A DNA stretch of 64,000 nucleotides from a virus (taxonomy: Duplodnaviria > Caudoviricetes), in IMG/VR virus record IMGVR_UViG_3300022543_000001, positions 26,204 to 90,203 of that record. One strand, written 5' to 3'. This document shows, piece by piece, positions 21,311-32,375 of this stretch; the first letter of the stretch is position 1; every line of letters begins with the position of its first letter. The position numbers were made by a program, and so were the translations under genes. The notes beneath the pieces were generated by a model. That model saw only the letters and a program-made list of their open reading frames with translations, did no database searches and was not told where the DNA came from.

Positions 21311-24300
21311 TTATTTGTTATATTGCCAAAAAGGACTAGTAGTTATACCACTGAAATTTTGTTGAGCATTTTGAATAGCTTTTTGATCTCCTGTTTGATG
21401 GATTCTTCTAAACATATCAAAATTCATAGCAGCTGCTTGATTTAAAATTGAATTCATATTTTGTTCTTTTCCTTCAATTTCTCTACCACTTCTAACATCT
21501 ACTCCAAAATATTTATAATGTGTTTTTTTAGAACCATCAGGCATCATCTCATAGAATTCTCCTACACCTGAGTAATCTCCAACTCCTGGTGTTTTCTCAA
21601 TAGTATATCTACCATTACCAGCAGGATCAGTATACTTAATTGGCCCCTGTCTTAGGAGGACTTCTGTTGGAGTTGGGAACTGTTTTGAAAATAATGGATT
21701 GCTGTCCCAAATATTTTTAGGTGCAACGAATGTAATACCATTTTGGTAAATAGCATCAATCTTATTTTTAAGAGCTTTTTCATCTCCACCATCTGCCATA
21801 CCTTTAATAACCTTTTCAATTACATCTCTCGGAGCTGTAAGTTTCATAGATCCAAGCTTAGTACTTTCCATTGACATAGTTGTAGCATGAACCATAAAAG
21901 GTTTTAATTCAGGATCTGAATTTAATCTTGATTGAAGTTCTCTTACAATAGCCGTTGCTTCATTTTGTGTAACACCTGTATTTTCCCAATCCTCATCTGA
22001 ACCAGGTAGTTTATTTCCATTAATAGAAATTCTAAACTTGTTTTTATCTTGATTCCAGTTTGTACTTAAAATAGTATTAAACATTTGAGAAGCTGACTGA
22101 TTTCCTGGATCCCAAGCAATACCTGGAGCAACCATCATAGTACCGGTTTCTGCAGCTAAAGCTACTTTATTACCAGATCTTTGAGTTCCACTAATAGGAT
22201 ATGTTTGTAAACCTGTTTCAGGATTCATATCTTTTGCAAGTTCTTCAAATGATTGATCAAATACATCAGCTACCCAAGAAGCTTTATCTTTTACAGTTTC
22301 TCTACCATCACCTAACATTCTTGGAAGTGCTGTTAATGGAACAACATAGTTATACCATTTTGAATCAGCTTTTTGATTTGTAGATTTTCCAACACTAAAA
22401 CCTAGAATAGATGATATTTGTGCATCTACTTCAGGAGCCATTGCTTTAAATTCATCTGTATTACCATGACTATCTAAAGCATATTTAGACATCATCAAGT
22501 TTACAGCTTGTTGAATTTTAGCATCATTAATATTTCTGTATGCTTCTGGATCTTTAGTTTTTACATTACTTACAATGTACTTTAAATCCTCTGTAAATTT
22601 ATTTCTGATTTTATCATAATTGTTATTTCTAACAACATTCAAAGCATCATCAGTTCTAGCAAGTTGATCTAACTTAATCATAGACTGATCTTTAAAATAC
22701 TCTTGTGCCAATCCACTTCCAGAGTGTTGAGCAGTCCAACTTTGCATCAAATTATTTACATTGTATATCTGACCTGAGTTAACAGTTCTAGTTGTAAATC
22801 CATTAGGATCAGCTTTATAGCCACTCCAAATTTGATTCCATACTTTAACAATGTCTGGTTTGTAATTTTTACTTCCTTCTTTTAAAATTCTTTTTGCAGT
22901 TGGTTCACTTGGATTTAATTTTAATACAAATTGAGCTAACTGAGCAGCAGTAAATGAATCACTAGTCACACCATTATTGATAAACTTCATCAAGTTGTTT
23001 ACCGGTTCAGTAGCATTTTGACTAATCATTTGATCTCTCATGTATTTATTTGCTGCATCAAGAGACATTTCTTCAGCTGTTGTTCCATCTGGTGTAACCA
23101 TGTTAATATTAAAACCTTGACTTTGAGGGTTTGTGTTTAATTGACCATCTTTAGTAAAGCCCCAATATCCTTTTTTAACATTGTAGTCTACAGCTTTTTG
23201 ATACATTTTTGCTTGATTTGCCCTATCTATTTCAGACTCTCTATCAAGGTGAGCTTGTTGTTGTCTAGCTCTAGCATGTTTGTCTCTTAAAAACTCTAAA
23301 CCTACAGGATTAGCTTTGTATTCAATTTCTTGATTAAGTGTTGCATAATTACCAGATGCTCTCATTATATCTTGTTCTGCAAAAACAGAAGCAAAACCAG
23401 CATCTACTTTTAATCTAGCTAATTCTATGTCACTTAAAATATCTTCATCATAACCTTGTGCTGCACTTGTAGATTGTTTATCATTAATCTGATCATTTAA
23501 CTTTTGTGTATTATCAGCTACAGCAGTGTTAACAGCAAACAAATCTTCTAATGATCTACCATAGTTACTTTGTTGTGGATTTACATTACCATTATTCACA
23601 TCTTTTTCAAGATTACCTTGCAAACTTTTGGTAGTATTTAAGTCATCTTGAGCCTTAACATTTTTATCAGAAGCATAATTTTTTAACCAATCATATTTTT
23701 CTTTAATGTATTGTTTCTCTGCTTCTGATTTATTACCTCCAAACTTAGATGCATTTTGATTAGCATAGTTCATTCTTTCTACAAATGCTCTTTCTCTATA
23801 CATATCTTGTATATCTGGTCTATTTGCATACTCAGCCATGAACATATTCTGAAGTGTTGGTAATATTAACTCTCCATTTTTCTTTCTTACTAAATATAAA
23901 CCAGATTGATCTGGAAGTTGTGATACAGCTCCTACATTAAACTTTTTAGCTAAGTCCATGTATTCTTGAACAGCATTTACAAAAGGTGTATACTGAGCAT
24001 TAGTCATATTTAAAGTACCTTCTAAATCAGCATCTTTAAACATTTGTCTTCTTAACTCTAAACCTTGAATACCAGTTCCCCACCATTGTTTTCTTTGCTT
24101 TTCATCTTGAGAATTTTTTAATGCATTAGCTGAATTGTAAGTATTCTTCCAATTTTTAGTCCAAGCCATATCTTTCATAAGATACTTATCTTCATAAAAA
24201 GGTTTGAATACTTGCATAGCTTGATTTACATTCTGCTCTAGAGAAAGGTCAAGTCCGGATACTCTTTTTAAATTAAAGTCAATTTGTTTTAAAAGCTCAT

Positions 24301-24493
24301 CTTTTTTCTTGATGTTTAAATCATGTGTTAAGTCAGCACCATAAAGTTGACCATATAGATTATTCAGTGATTGCCAGTTTGAATCATACTGAGTTTGTTT
24401 AGTCTGCATCAAGCTTCCGTAGAAGTTTAAGTCAGGCTGAAACGGCTGATAATCTGGTATATAATCTGTAACCCCTTGTAAATACGTTGCCAT
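21311..24493 (-). CDS. Putative ejection/internal virion protein (1060 aa)
   Basis: Long, helical, Gln/Asn-rich ORF between the cargo genes and the giant ejection/RNAP genes; synteny with crAss-like ejection proteins. Confidence 0.6.
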   Translation of the reverse strand: MATYLQGVTDYIPDYQPFQPDLNFYGSLMQTKQTQYDSNWQSLNNLYGQLYGADLTHDLNIKKKDELLKQIDFNLKRVSGLDLSLEQNVNQAMQVFKPFYEDKYLMKDMAWTKNWKNTYNSANALKNSQDEKQRKQWWGTGIQGLELRRQMFKDADLEGTLNMTNAQYTPFVNAVQEYMDLAKKFNVGAVSQLPDQSGLYLVRKKNGELILPTLQNMFMAEYANRPDIQDMYRERAFVERMNYANQNASKFGGNKSEAEKQYIKEKYDWLKNYASDKNVKAQDDLNTTKSLQGNLEKDVNNGNVNPQQSNYGRSLEDLFAVNTAVADNTQKLNDQINDKQSTSAAQGYDEDILSDIELARLKVDAGFASVFAEQDIMRASGNYATLNQEIEYKANPVGLEFLRDKHARARQQQAHLDRESEIDRANQAKMYQKAVDYNVKKGYWGFTKDGQLNTNPQSQGFNINMVTPDGTTAEEMSLDAANKYMRDQMISQNATEPVNNLMKFINNGVTSDSFTAAQLAQFVLKLNPSEPTAKRILKEGSKNYKPDIVKVWNQIWSGYKADPNGFTTRTVNSGQIYNVNNLMQSWTAQHSGSGLAQEYFKDQSMIKLDQLARTDDALNVVRNNNYDKIRNKFTEDLKYIVSNVKTKDPEAYRNINDAKIQQAVNLMMSKYALDSHGNTDEFKAMAPEVDAQISSILGFSVGKSTNQKADSKWYNYVVPLTALPRMLGDGRETVKDKASWVADVFDQSFEELAKDMNPETGLQTYPISGTQRSGNKVALAAETGTMMVAPGIAWDPGNQSASQMFNTILSTNWNQDKNKFRISINGNKLPGSDEDWENTGVTQNEATAIVRELQSRLNSDPELKPFMVHATTMSMESTKLGSMKLTAPRDVIEKVIKGMADGGDEKALKNKIDAIYQNGITFVAPKNIWDSNPLFSKQFPTPTEVLLRQGPIKYTDPAGNGRYTIEKTPGVGDYSGVGEFYEMMPDGSKKTHYKYFGVDVRSGREIEGKEQNMNSILNQAAAMNFDMFRRIHQTGDQKAIQNAQQNFSGITTSPFWQYNK

Positions 24494-24549
24494 AATTTAT
24501 CTTTGTGTAAATCTATTAAAATTTTTTAAGTTTACTAAACCTTTAAAGT

Positions 24550-27500
24550 TTATAGTAAAAATGGAAGCCATGAACTGATGTCAATATAACCACTATTGTT
24601 ACCTATTGAACCACCTCTTTTTGCTTCTTGTTGTGTTCCATACATAGTGTTTGCCATATTTGGATCTGGTGCAGTACTTGTTTTACCTGACTTACCTTGT
24701 GAATTCATAACTCTTGACATACATGCTGAATGATCTGTTGCATTAGGATTGTTTTGTTTACACCAATCCATTGCTTCTTGCATTGTCATTGCACTACTAG
24801 CACCTTGTCCATTAACTGTTTTAGGAGTTGGATTAAAAGCCATTCTTCCACCTACAGTAGGATCAACTTTATAGTTAGGATACATCTGATTTAATGCATC
24901 TGTTTTCCACTTATTAGTAATACCTTGAGTATAATAGTTTCTAACATTGTTTCTCATTGCTAATTTAGCATTGTCAAACTGTTGATTAGCAACTGTATTT
25001 TGATCATATAATCTTTGATTAGTTGCTTGATTCAACATACTACTTTGATTCCTAATGTCATTTGCTTTTAACTCAAATTGATTAGCAATATTAACATTAG
25101 CATTATTATACTTAGACAATATATCAGCAGCATTTTTAGCAGCAGCACCCTGAACACTTGATGATCTAGCAGACAAAGCTTGAGGTCCAGCAAACTGTGC
25201 CATAGCATTTGTTTGAATAGCTGCTTGTTCAGCATTAGCACCAAGTTCTCTTGTAGGATCTTGAAATACTGGTCTTGGTACACCCAATGCTACTGGAGGT
25301 GCAGCTGGCATTCTTTTCTTAAGACCCATTAGATCTCCAAATGCTCCTGTAGTTTTGATAGTATCTTGTAACCACATTCCAGGAGGTTGTCCTGGTACAG
25401 GGATAGTTGAATCTTCTTGACAAGGAGGACAATTACCATTTGCATCAGCAGTCATCTCTATTACAGTACCATCAGCTTTTTGACATGGACATGGTTTACC
25501 TTTTGGTGGTTCACATGTACAGTTACCTTGAGCATCTTTTGGTTTATAATTAGGTTTATTTGGATCATCACATTGACATGGTTCTTCTCCAGGTACATCC
25601 TCAAATTTTAAATCATGTACAGCTTGAATTTCTCCTTGTGTTGTGTTTGTATAGTATGCATCAATAGGAGAAATGTTTGTTACATTCATTCCTTTCTCAT
25701 CACTGAAACCAACTTGTTTACCATAAGGATTAAATCCGGAGAAACTTGTAATACCTAATAATGCTGTTTGTGTATCTTCATCATAGTTACCTGGATTTGC
25801 ATCAAGGTCTTTCATTAATTTATCAGCTGCAATAAACCCAGCCTGTTGTATATAGGCTTCTTCAGCATAAGCATCATCAGCTGAACCTGATAAGTATTTA
25901 TTACCAGCTTTATCAGTTTTTACTTTTCTTTCCATAGGTAAACCCATGTCTTTTGAAAGCTTATCTAATGAAGTAAAACCAGATGACTCAACTTTTTTAT
26001 ACATCTCTGTGATCTCTTGATCAGTTGCATTTGGATTTGTTTGTTTTATAATACTCTTAAATCCTAATTCATCTCCATCAATTTTACCATTTTTATTTTT
26101 ATCTGGTTGATCTTCCATTGGTCTTAATTCACCATTTCCATCTTTGTACAAATGAGGACCAAAACCTTTTACTCCAAGTTTATCACCGTAAGTTGTAGTT
26201 TTCAAGTTACGTTCTTGCATTCTAAGATACTTAGATACAATCTCGTCATCAGTTAAGTCGTTAGGATCTTTTTTAAATTTCTTTTGATAAGTTTCAGAAT
26301 ATGAATCTCTTTTTCCTTTGTATGCTTCTTGATCAGCTAATGTTCCTCTTACTTGTTTTGCAAATGCAGCTTTAGCTTTAGGATCATTAAATGTTTGTTG
26401 CATTGCTTGAAATGTAGCAGCAGCAACTTGGTTACCATTCCATTTATCTAAATCAGTTCCTGTATATTTATCAAAACCTGTAGCAGAAACTTTTTGCTCT
26501 ACTCTTCTACCATCAGGTTGTATAACATAAATTTTTTCTTTACCTCTACCTCCTTGAACATAAGCTCTTCTTAATGCTTGTTTAAACTCTTCATCTGTTT
26601 TATAATCAGCACGTTTAACTTCAACACCATCTCTAGCTTTAACCATACGTGTTATAGGACCAGATCCAGGAATTCTTTTTGGTCTACCTTGATAGTTTTG
26701 AGACATACCTGCACCCATTGACATACCATACTCTGCTTCTGGTATATCATAGAAAGGCATATCATAACCACCCATAGACATTCCATAGGCAGCCATTGGT
26801 GGTGCCATTTGTTCTTCTTCCATAGGAGGTTGTTGACCCATTCCTTGTTCTTGTCCACCTTGACCTTGAGACATAACTTCTTGAATAAGACCTACAGCCT
26901 CTTCTTGAGCTACACCCATTTGAGTAAATATTTGCACTATAGCTTCAGGTGGAAGACCATTCTGTAATAAACTCATAACAACTTCAGCAGGTTCAGCACC
27001 TCTTTGTAGAGCACCTTGAACTTCTTGCATAATCTGCATCATCTCATCTTGACCACCACCTTGTTGTTGACCTTGAGCTTGTTGTTCCATCATTGCCATT
27101 TCTTCAGGAGATGGTTGTTGCATACCTTCTGCAGCTCTTCTTAATCTTCTCATACCACCACCATACATCATCATCATCTCTTGTTGAGACATAGGTTGTT
27201 CTTGAGCTTGTGCAACTGGTTGACCTTGATTCATTTCTTGAGCTTGCATCATTTGATTTTGCTCATTCTCTGATTCCATTGTCTGATCTGAATTCTCCTG
27301 TTGTTTCATTTGTTTCTTCAACTGGTCATTCAATACACTAATCTCTTTAGATGGTAAGATCTGTTCTTCTGTAAGACCTCTAGCTTCCATACAAGGTTTA
27401 GCAACAGCAGGAATTCCTTGAGGAAAACCTTTCATTGATTCTTGTGCCAAAGCTAAACATCCTAACTTAATGACATATTTTTTCATCATTAATTCAGCAG

Positions 27501-27975
27501 ACTTTCTTTCTATAGCATCAGTATCAGGATCTTCTAAGATTTTTCTGTACTTCTGGATATCATATTGTTTAGCAAGTTCTGCAGGAGTAAAAGATTTACC
27601 TTTACCTGTTTTACCAAACATAGAAAGTACATTAGGATCTTTTATCAGCATACCTCTAGTATCACTGAAAATAAAAGTATCTTCTGGTAAGTTTAATGGA
27701 ACACCGCCTGCACTATGTCTTGGACCTTTAATGATTTGTTGTTCCGGCATTCCATCACCATTGATGTCTCCGTATACAGTTTCACCACCCTCTGCTTCCA
27801 AGTTAGCCTCATCTCTAGGTACTGCAGTAATGTATTTACTTGCAATAAGTTTTGGTTTTCCTATATAAGCATTATAATCTGCTCCACCCATTGCTGGAAC
27901 ATCATTTACTAAAGCACCTTGGACTTGGTATCCAGTTTTTGCTTGAGGTACTTTTTTAATTCTAACTTTTATCAT
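24550..27975 (-). CDS. Internal virion cargo protein (1141 aa) with EAEGGE/GPRHSAGG domain, Gln/Met-rich linker, EF-hand-like loop and Cys-rich modules
   Basis: ORF track; low-complexity, modular composition; C-terminal region (DPTRELGANAEQ...NANVNIANQFE) resembles crAss-like cargo proteins by recollection. Confidence 0.6.
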   Translation of the reverse strand: MIKVRIKKVPQAKTGYQVQGALVNDVPAMGGADYNAYIGKPKLIASKYITAVPRDEANLEAEGGETVYGDINGDGMPEQQIIKGPRHSAGGVPLNLPEDTFIFSDTRGMLIKDPNVLSMFGKTGKGKSFTPAELAKQYDIQKYRKILEDPDTDAIERKSAELMMKKYVIKLGCLALAQESMKGFPQGIPAVAKPCMEARGLTEEQILPSKEISVLNDQLKKQMKQQENSDQTMESENEQNQMMQAQEMNQGQPVAQAQEQPMSQQEMMMMYGGGMRRLRRAAEGMQQPSPEEMAMMEQQAQGQQQGGGQDEMMQIMQEVQGALQRGAEPAEVVMSLLQNGLPPEAIVQIFTQMGVAQEEAVGLIQEVMSQGQGGQEQGMGQQPPMEEEQMAPPMAAYGMSMGGYDMPFYDIPEAEYGMSMGAGMSQNYQGRPKRIPGSGPITRMVKARDGVEVKRADYKTDEEFKQALRRAYVQGGRGKEKIYVIQPDGRRVEQKVSATGFDKYTGTDLDKWNGNQVAAATFQAMQQTFNDPKAKAAFAKQVRGTLADQEAYKGKRDSYSETYQKKFKKDPNDLTDDEIVSKYLRMQERNLKTTTYGDKLGVKGFGPHLYKDGNGELRPMEDQPDKNKNGKIDGDELGFKSIIKQTNPNATDQEITEMYKKVESSGFTSLDKLSKDMGLPMERKVKTDKAGNKYLSGSADDAYAEEAYIQQAGFIAADKLMKDLDANPGNYDEDTQTALLGITSFSGFNPYGKQVGFSDEKGMNVTNISPIDAYYTNTTQGEIQAVHDLKFEDVPGEEPCQCDDPNKPNYKPKDAQGNCTCEPPKGKPCPCQKADGTVIEMTADANGNCPPCQEDSTIPVPGQPPGMWLQDTIKTTGAFGDLMGLKKRMPAAPPVALGVPRPVFQDPTRELGANAEQAAIQTNAMAQFAGPQALSARSSSVQGAAAKNAADILSKYNNANVNIANQFELKANDIRNQSSMLNQATNQRLYDQNTVANQQFDNAKLAMRNNVRNYYTQGITNKWKTDALNQMYPNYKVDPTVGGRMAFNPTPKTVNGQGASSAMTMQEAMDWCKQNNPNATDHSACMSRVMNSQGKSGKTSTAPDPNMANTMYGTQQEAKRGGSIGNNSGYIDISSWLPFLL

Positions 27976-27983
27976 CGGGTTCT

Positions 27984-30900
27984 TTATAAATATTCAACTT
28001 GTCCTCCTGCTGCTAAGAATTGTTCTAATTCTTCTGGAGTCATATATACTTCTTCGTCATCCATGTAGCCACCATTTTGCATGTAACCACCATATTGAGC
28101 AGCATTACTATTTGCATAATTACCAAATGTTGCTCTACTGTTTCTGTCGGATCCCATTTCATCATATCTAAACATACCTGTTTTAGAACCAATATCTCCC
28201 CAGTCACCTTTATCAGTTTGAGTAGATGCCATTACATTAGCCATTGGATCAAACTTGTCTAACAACATGTTATTTTCAATAGGTGCATTCTGTGCTCTTT
28301 CATACATACCTAATCCAAAATTAGCTGCACTATTAAAAGCATTAACTCCTGCTTCACCATCAAAGTTTCTAGCTGTTTTACGTTGTCTTTCTACACCAAC
28401 ATATTGATTTTGATTAGGTGCAGGTGTGGGTTCAGGTGCTTGTGGAATAATTTGTTGACCTTGACTACCTACTGTATTACCAGTATTTGCAGTTTCAGCA
28501 TAAGAACCTGTTCCAGTCTGAGTTATAAAACTAAATGGGTTTTGTTGTTGAGGCATTTTATTTGGTGCAGGAGCTCCAAACAAATCATTTTCAAATTGAG
28601 ATTGTTGAGAATATGGATTATAGCCTGATTGATTTTGACCAGCACCCATACCAAAGCCAGTACCAACTTCAAAAGCACCACCCATTCTTTTAAAAGAAGG
28701 ATTTTTAACTCTATCCACTAAACTTTTTAATGTACCATATGCATTCTTTACATTATCAACTGCATCTCTAGCACCATAATAAGCTTGATCAGTCTTGTAT
28801 CTAGCACCACGTCCTTGTTCATATCTCTCTGCTTGTCTTAGATTTCTTTGACCACGTCTAGTTTGTTCATCCCATTCTTGATCACTAAATTGAAATCTTT
28901 CTTTTGCTGCATCTTCTAAACGATCTCTTCTACTTGTCTTTTCAGGTTTCTCATTATCCTTGTAATTAACCATAGACCAACCATCTTGAAGTGCATCTTT
29001 TACCATTCTTTTAGTAATACGACCAGGATTAGATTTGTTTCCTGAACCTCTACGGTTATCTAACATACCTTCAAGTTGTGCTAAATCACCCATAGGAACT
29101 CCAGTACCATCACCATCAACTTGATAGATATCAATCCATTTTTTTCTACCACCTAGCAAACCTTTCTTGGTTGTATAACTAGCAACAGGTTTATCTGGAA
29201 TAAGACCATTGTAAGATCTACCATCATTTAAATAATATGGAGTACCCTTTTGTTTAACCCAAGATCCAGCTGATCCAACTATTGGATTCCATGGTAATAA
29301 GTTACGTCCGTAACTACCTGGATTTGGAACTTGTGTAAAGTTATAATTCATTTTTGCTATAGGAATACACATTTTATATTTATCATTCCAAACAGTACCA
29401 GGACCACACTGAGTCTTTTTTGGTTGCAAGCTTGCACTTGAGTTTAATACACAAGCACTTCCATTCCAGGTATATCCTGCTGGACACTTCTCAGTACTTC
29501 CTTCTTCTTCTTCCTCTTGACCTTCTCCACTGTAAGCAGCATAATCATTCAAAGTCTTATTATAGAAGTCAAGATAGTTATCATAATCTTCTTTTCTAGA
29601 AGGGTCACTTTTCCATGATTCAAAATCTCCTTCTGGATTTGCAGCTTGCCAATCTTCTTTTTCTCCTTCTGCCCACTGATCAAATGGTAATTCATCAGCC
29701 ACTGTTCTATGTTCTCCAGCTTGATTTAAAATATTTATACCATCTCTAGCTTGTTCTAGATCATATGGTTCATAGTATTCACTCTCATCACCACCATATA
29801 TAAATCTAACAAGTGGTTCTTTAGCATCCATATCCACAAATCCTCCAAATGCTGCAGTAAAATCTGTATTCATTTGTTCTTCTTCAGCAAGATTTTCTTT
29901 ATAACCATCTTGCATCAGCATGTTTAAAATCTTTGGATTGTTCTGAGCATTCTTGTAAATATCTTTTGATATAGCTTTATTAGAATTATTTTTTAATGTA
30001 CTAATAAAAGAAGATTTCATGTTAGCAACATCATTTGTCAAAGTATCTTTTCTATTACCTTGACCTAAAGTTGCATCTCCACCTTCAGCATACATAGAAA
30101 CCATTCTATCAATAAATCTATTTTTAGAAACACCACCTTTTGCAAAGTCATTTGGCAAAGCTACATTTTGTGTATTTGGATTTACAATATTTGAATCTTG
30201 ATATCTATAGTAATTATAATCACTTGGAGTTTGTCCTTTTAAGAACTTCATACTATCAGGTGTCTGTAATGTATTTGGATCAACAGTAACTCCTTCTCTA
30301 ATAGGAGTAGGATCTAAAACTCTACTTGGTCCTACATCAGTACCACATGTACATTTACCAAGAGCATTTTTAGGTTGGAAGTTTGGTGCATTAGGATCCT
30401 CACATTGACAAGGATGTGCTAATGCATCATAAGTATTATAACCAACATAACCTAAACCACCACCAATAAGTGTAGTCTTTAAACCTAATCTATACTTATA
30501 GTTAATAGCATTCTTAATATCAGATGCTGTTTGTGAATAAGGAATAGCAGCAGGATCTTGAATGTTTGGTCCAAGAGCCATGTTTGCATAACCATATACA
30601 GGTTGATCAATATTTTCAATTCCTTTTGCACCAGTTCTGAATAATTGGTTTAATCCAGTTGTTCCATATGTTTCTAAACCTCTACCAATTTTTCCTCTAT
30701 TACTTAAATCATTCCATGTAGTTGGAGGTAAACCTGTTATATCAGTTCTTCTTACACCATTTATATCATCAAAATAATTAGGAAATGGAGTACGATTCAT
30801 ATCTTTTAAAGTTATATCACCCAACATTCCTGTTAATGAAGAACCAATTGGTCTTGTAACTTTTGATTTTGTTTGAACACCTGTTGTTAATGGATTACCT

Positions 30901-32318
30901 AATGGATCAAATACATTTAAACCACCAGTTTCAGGATTTTGATTATAATAGAATCTGTTTTTAAATGTAACCTCTTTAGCTTTTGGAGGAGTTGTACCAA
31001 AAGGTAAACTTTGATTAGGACCAAAAGTATATTTTAATTCAAAAAATTTATTTCCTGACTCATCTTCCCCACCAATAACTTTTGTTTGTGGAGGATATAC
31101 ACCACTAACTAAGCCCTCATGTCTAGACATAATGCTGTTAAGCTCTTCTAATGTAAAAGGTTCATTATTACCGTACTGTAATTTACTAATTAAATCTTTA
31201 ACATCTGCTTGATCTAATACTAACCTATCAGCTTGTAAGCTACCATCAGTTCCACCAGCATATGTTCCGTTCTGACTAAACACTCCTGTTTTTGGAGTAG
31301 CTCCATTAATAACATTCCAAAGTTCAGTTCTATTCTGTGTAAATGGAGTAGCTAATTTTGGAGCAAACTTTCCTCCTACATAAGGTAACCTAGTCATTGC
31401 ATCACCAATACCAGTAAATACAGGTAAAGCTTTACGTACTGTAGATATATTAGATAAAGGATTAGCTTTGTTAGCATATCCAACAGTTGGTATGTACTCA
31501 GCTAATTTTTGAAGTGCTGATTTAACAGGAGGTGTTTCTAATCCTAATCGTGCTTGTGGTAAATATTCTTGTGGTTGATAAGAATCAGATGAACTTCTGT
31601 AGTCACCCAGATAAGATGCTAGATCTGGAAATGCTTGCATCTCTTGTGTACCTGGTGTCATAGCAATTAAATCTTCCATAGAGAAAGGTTTTTCTTCAGG
31701 TGTTCTTCCTGGAGTACCATACTGACTCATTACAGCTTGTTCTTTACTTGGTTCTTGATTAGGATTCATATCTTCAAATTCAGGATACTCTCCACCATCA
31801 TCAAAGTAACCACCATATTTAAAAGCTTCTTCCTCTTCATCCTGTGTCATTTCCAAAGCAGAATTCTGATTCATCTGTGCATCTTCTTCATCATATAGAC
31901 CACCATCAGATATTGCTAATTCTTCTTGTTCTGCATCTGAAGCTGCTCTTTCATTTTCTTCATCTGCTTGTTGTTGTGGATCAACACCTGGTTCTGGTTG
32001 AGCTTTATCTTTAACTACTTCAGGATCTACATAACCTTCTTCAGCAAGTTTAGACATAGCAGATTTAATAAGCATCACAGATGTATTCTCATCTAATGCA
32101 TACTCATTAATAAGTTGATTATATAAAATATCAGGTGTAGCATCATTTTTTAATGATATATAAACCTGATCATATATTTGATTTAGTTTAGCTGGATCCA
32201 TACTTGGAGCTGCTACTTCCATACCCATTGCTGCTTTTTTTAAAAACTCAGCAGTTTTGTTATAGTACCCTGGAGTTTCACCTGGAAGTGCTTTTCTAAT
32301 CCTTACTTGTTTCTTCAT
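27984..32318 (-). CDS. Internal virion cargo protein (1444 aa), modular and low-complexity, many xxxGG motifs
   Basis: ORF track; acidic/Gln-rich linkers, Cys mini-domains, shared terminal motifs with neighbouring genes. Confidence 0.6.
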   Translation of the reverse strand: MKKQVRIRKALPGETPGYYNKTAEFLKKAAMGMEVAAPSMDPAKLNQIYDQVYISLKNDATPDILYNQLINEYALDENTSVMLIKSAMSKLAEEGYVDPEVVKDKAQPEPGVDPQQQADEENERAASDAEQEELAISDGGLYDEEDAQMNQNSALEMTQDEEEEAFKYGGYFDDGGEYPEFEDMNPNQEPSKEQAVMSQYGTPGRTPEEKPFSMEDLIAMTPGTQEMQAFPDLASYLGDYRSSSDSYQPQEYLPQARLGLETPPVKSALQKLAEYIPTVGYANKANPLSNISTVRKALPVFTGIGDAMTRLPYVGGKFAPKLATPFTQNRTELWNVINGATPKTGVFSQNGTYAGGTDGSLQADRLVLDQADVKDLISKLQYGNNEPFTLEELNSIMSRHEGLVSGVYPPQTKVIGGEDESGNKFFELKYTFGPNQSLPFGTTPPKAKEVTFKNRFYYNQNPETGGLNVFDPLGNPLTTGVQTKSKVTRPIGSSLTGMLGDITLKDMNRTPFPNYFDDINGVRRTDITGLPPTTWNDLSNRGKIGRGLETYGTTGLNQLFRTGAKGIENIDQPVYGYANMALGPNIQDPAAIPYSQTASDIKNAINYKYRLGLKTTLIGGGLGYVGYNTYDALAHPCQCEDPNAPNFQPKNALGKCTCGTDVGPSRVLDPTPIREGVTVDPNTLQTPDSMKFLKGQTPSDYNYYRYQDSNIVNPNTQNVALPNDFAKGGVSKNRFIDRMVSMYAEGGDATLGQGNRKDTLTNDVANMKSSFISTLKNNSNKAISKDIYKNAQNNPKILNMLMQDGYKENLAEEEQMNTDFTAAFGGFVDMDAKEPLVRFIYGGDESEYYEPYDLEQARDGINILNQAGEHRTVADELPFDQWAEGEKEDWQAANPEGDFESWKSDPSRKEDYDNYLDFYNKTLNDYAAYSGEGQEEEEEGSTEKCPAGYTWNGSACVLNSSASLQPKKTQCGPGTVWNDKYKMCIPIAKMNYNFTQVPNPGSYGRNLLPWNPIVGSAGSWVKQKGTPYYLNDGRSYNGLIPDKPVASYTTKKGLLGGRKKWIDIYQVDGDGTGVPMGDLAQLEGMLDNRRGSGNKSNPGRITKRMVKDALQDGWSMVNYKDNEKPEKTSRRDRLEDAAKERFQFSDQEWDEQTRRGQRNLRQAERYEQGRGARYKTDQAYYGARDAVDNVKNAYGTLKSLVDRVKNPSFKRMGGAFEVGTGFGMGAGQNQSGYNPYSQQSQFENDLFGAPAPNKMPQQQNPFSFITQTGTGSYAETANTGNTVGSQGQQIIPQAPEPTPAPNQNQYVGVERQRKTARNFDGEAGVNAFNSAANFGLGMYERAQNAPIENNMLLDKFDPMANVMASTQTDKGDWGDIGSKTGMFRYDEMGSDRNSRATFGNYANSNAAQYGGYMQNGGYMDDEEVYMTPEELEQFLAAGGQVEYL

Positions 32319-32335
32319 AACATGTTATATATATA

Positions 32336-32346
32336 AATATACTAAA
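32336..32346 (-). promoter_or_regulatory. Recurrent intergenic motif TTTAGTATATT (putative late promoter)
   Basis: One of five near-identical copies located in intergenic gaps upstream of genes. Confidence 0.5.
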
Positions 32347-32375
32347 TTTTAATTTAATCAATACACTTTAAAAGT

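Noticed and set aside
26760-27330. Gln/Met-rich low-complexity tract as a prion-like or repeat element
   Set aside because: No regular nucleotide tandem repeat; best explained as a disordered linker around a small helical domain.
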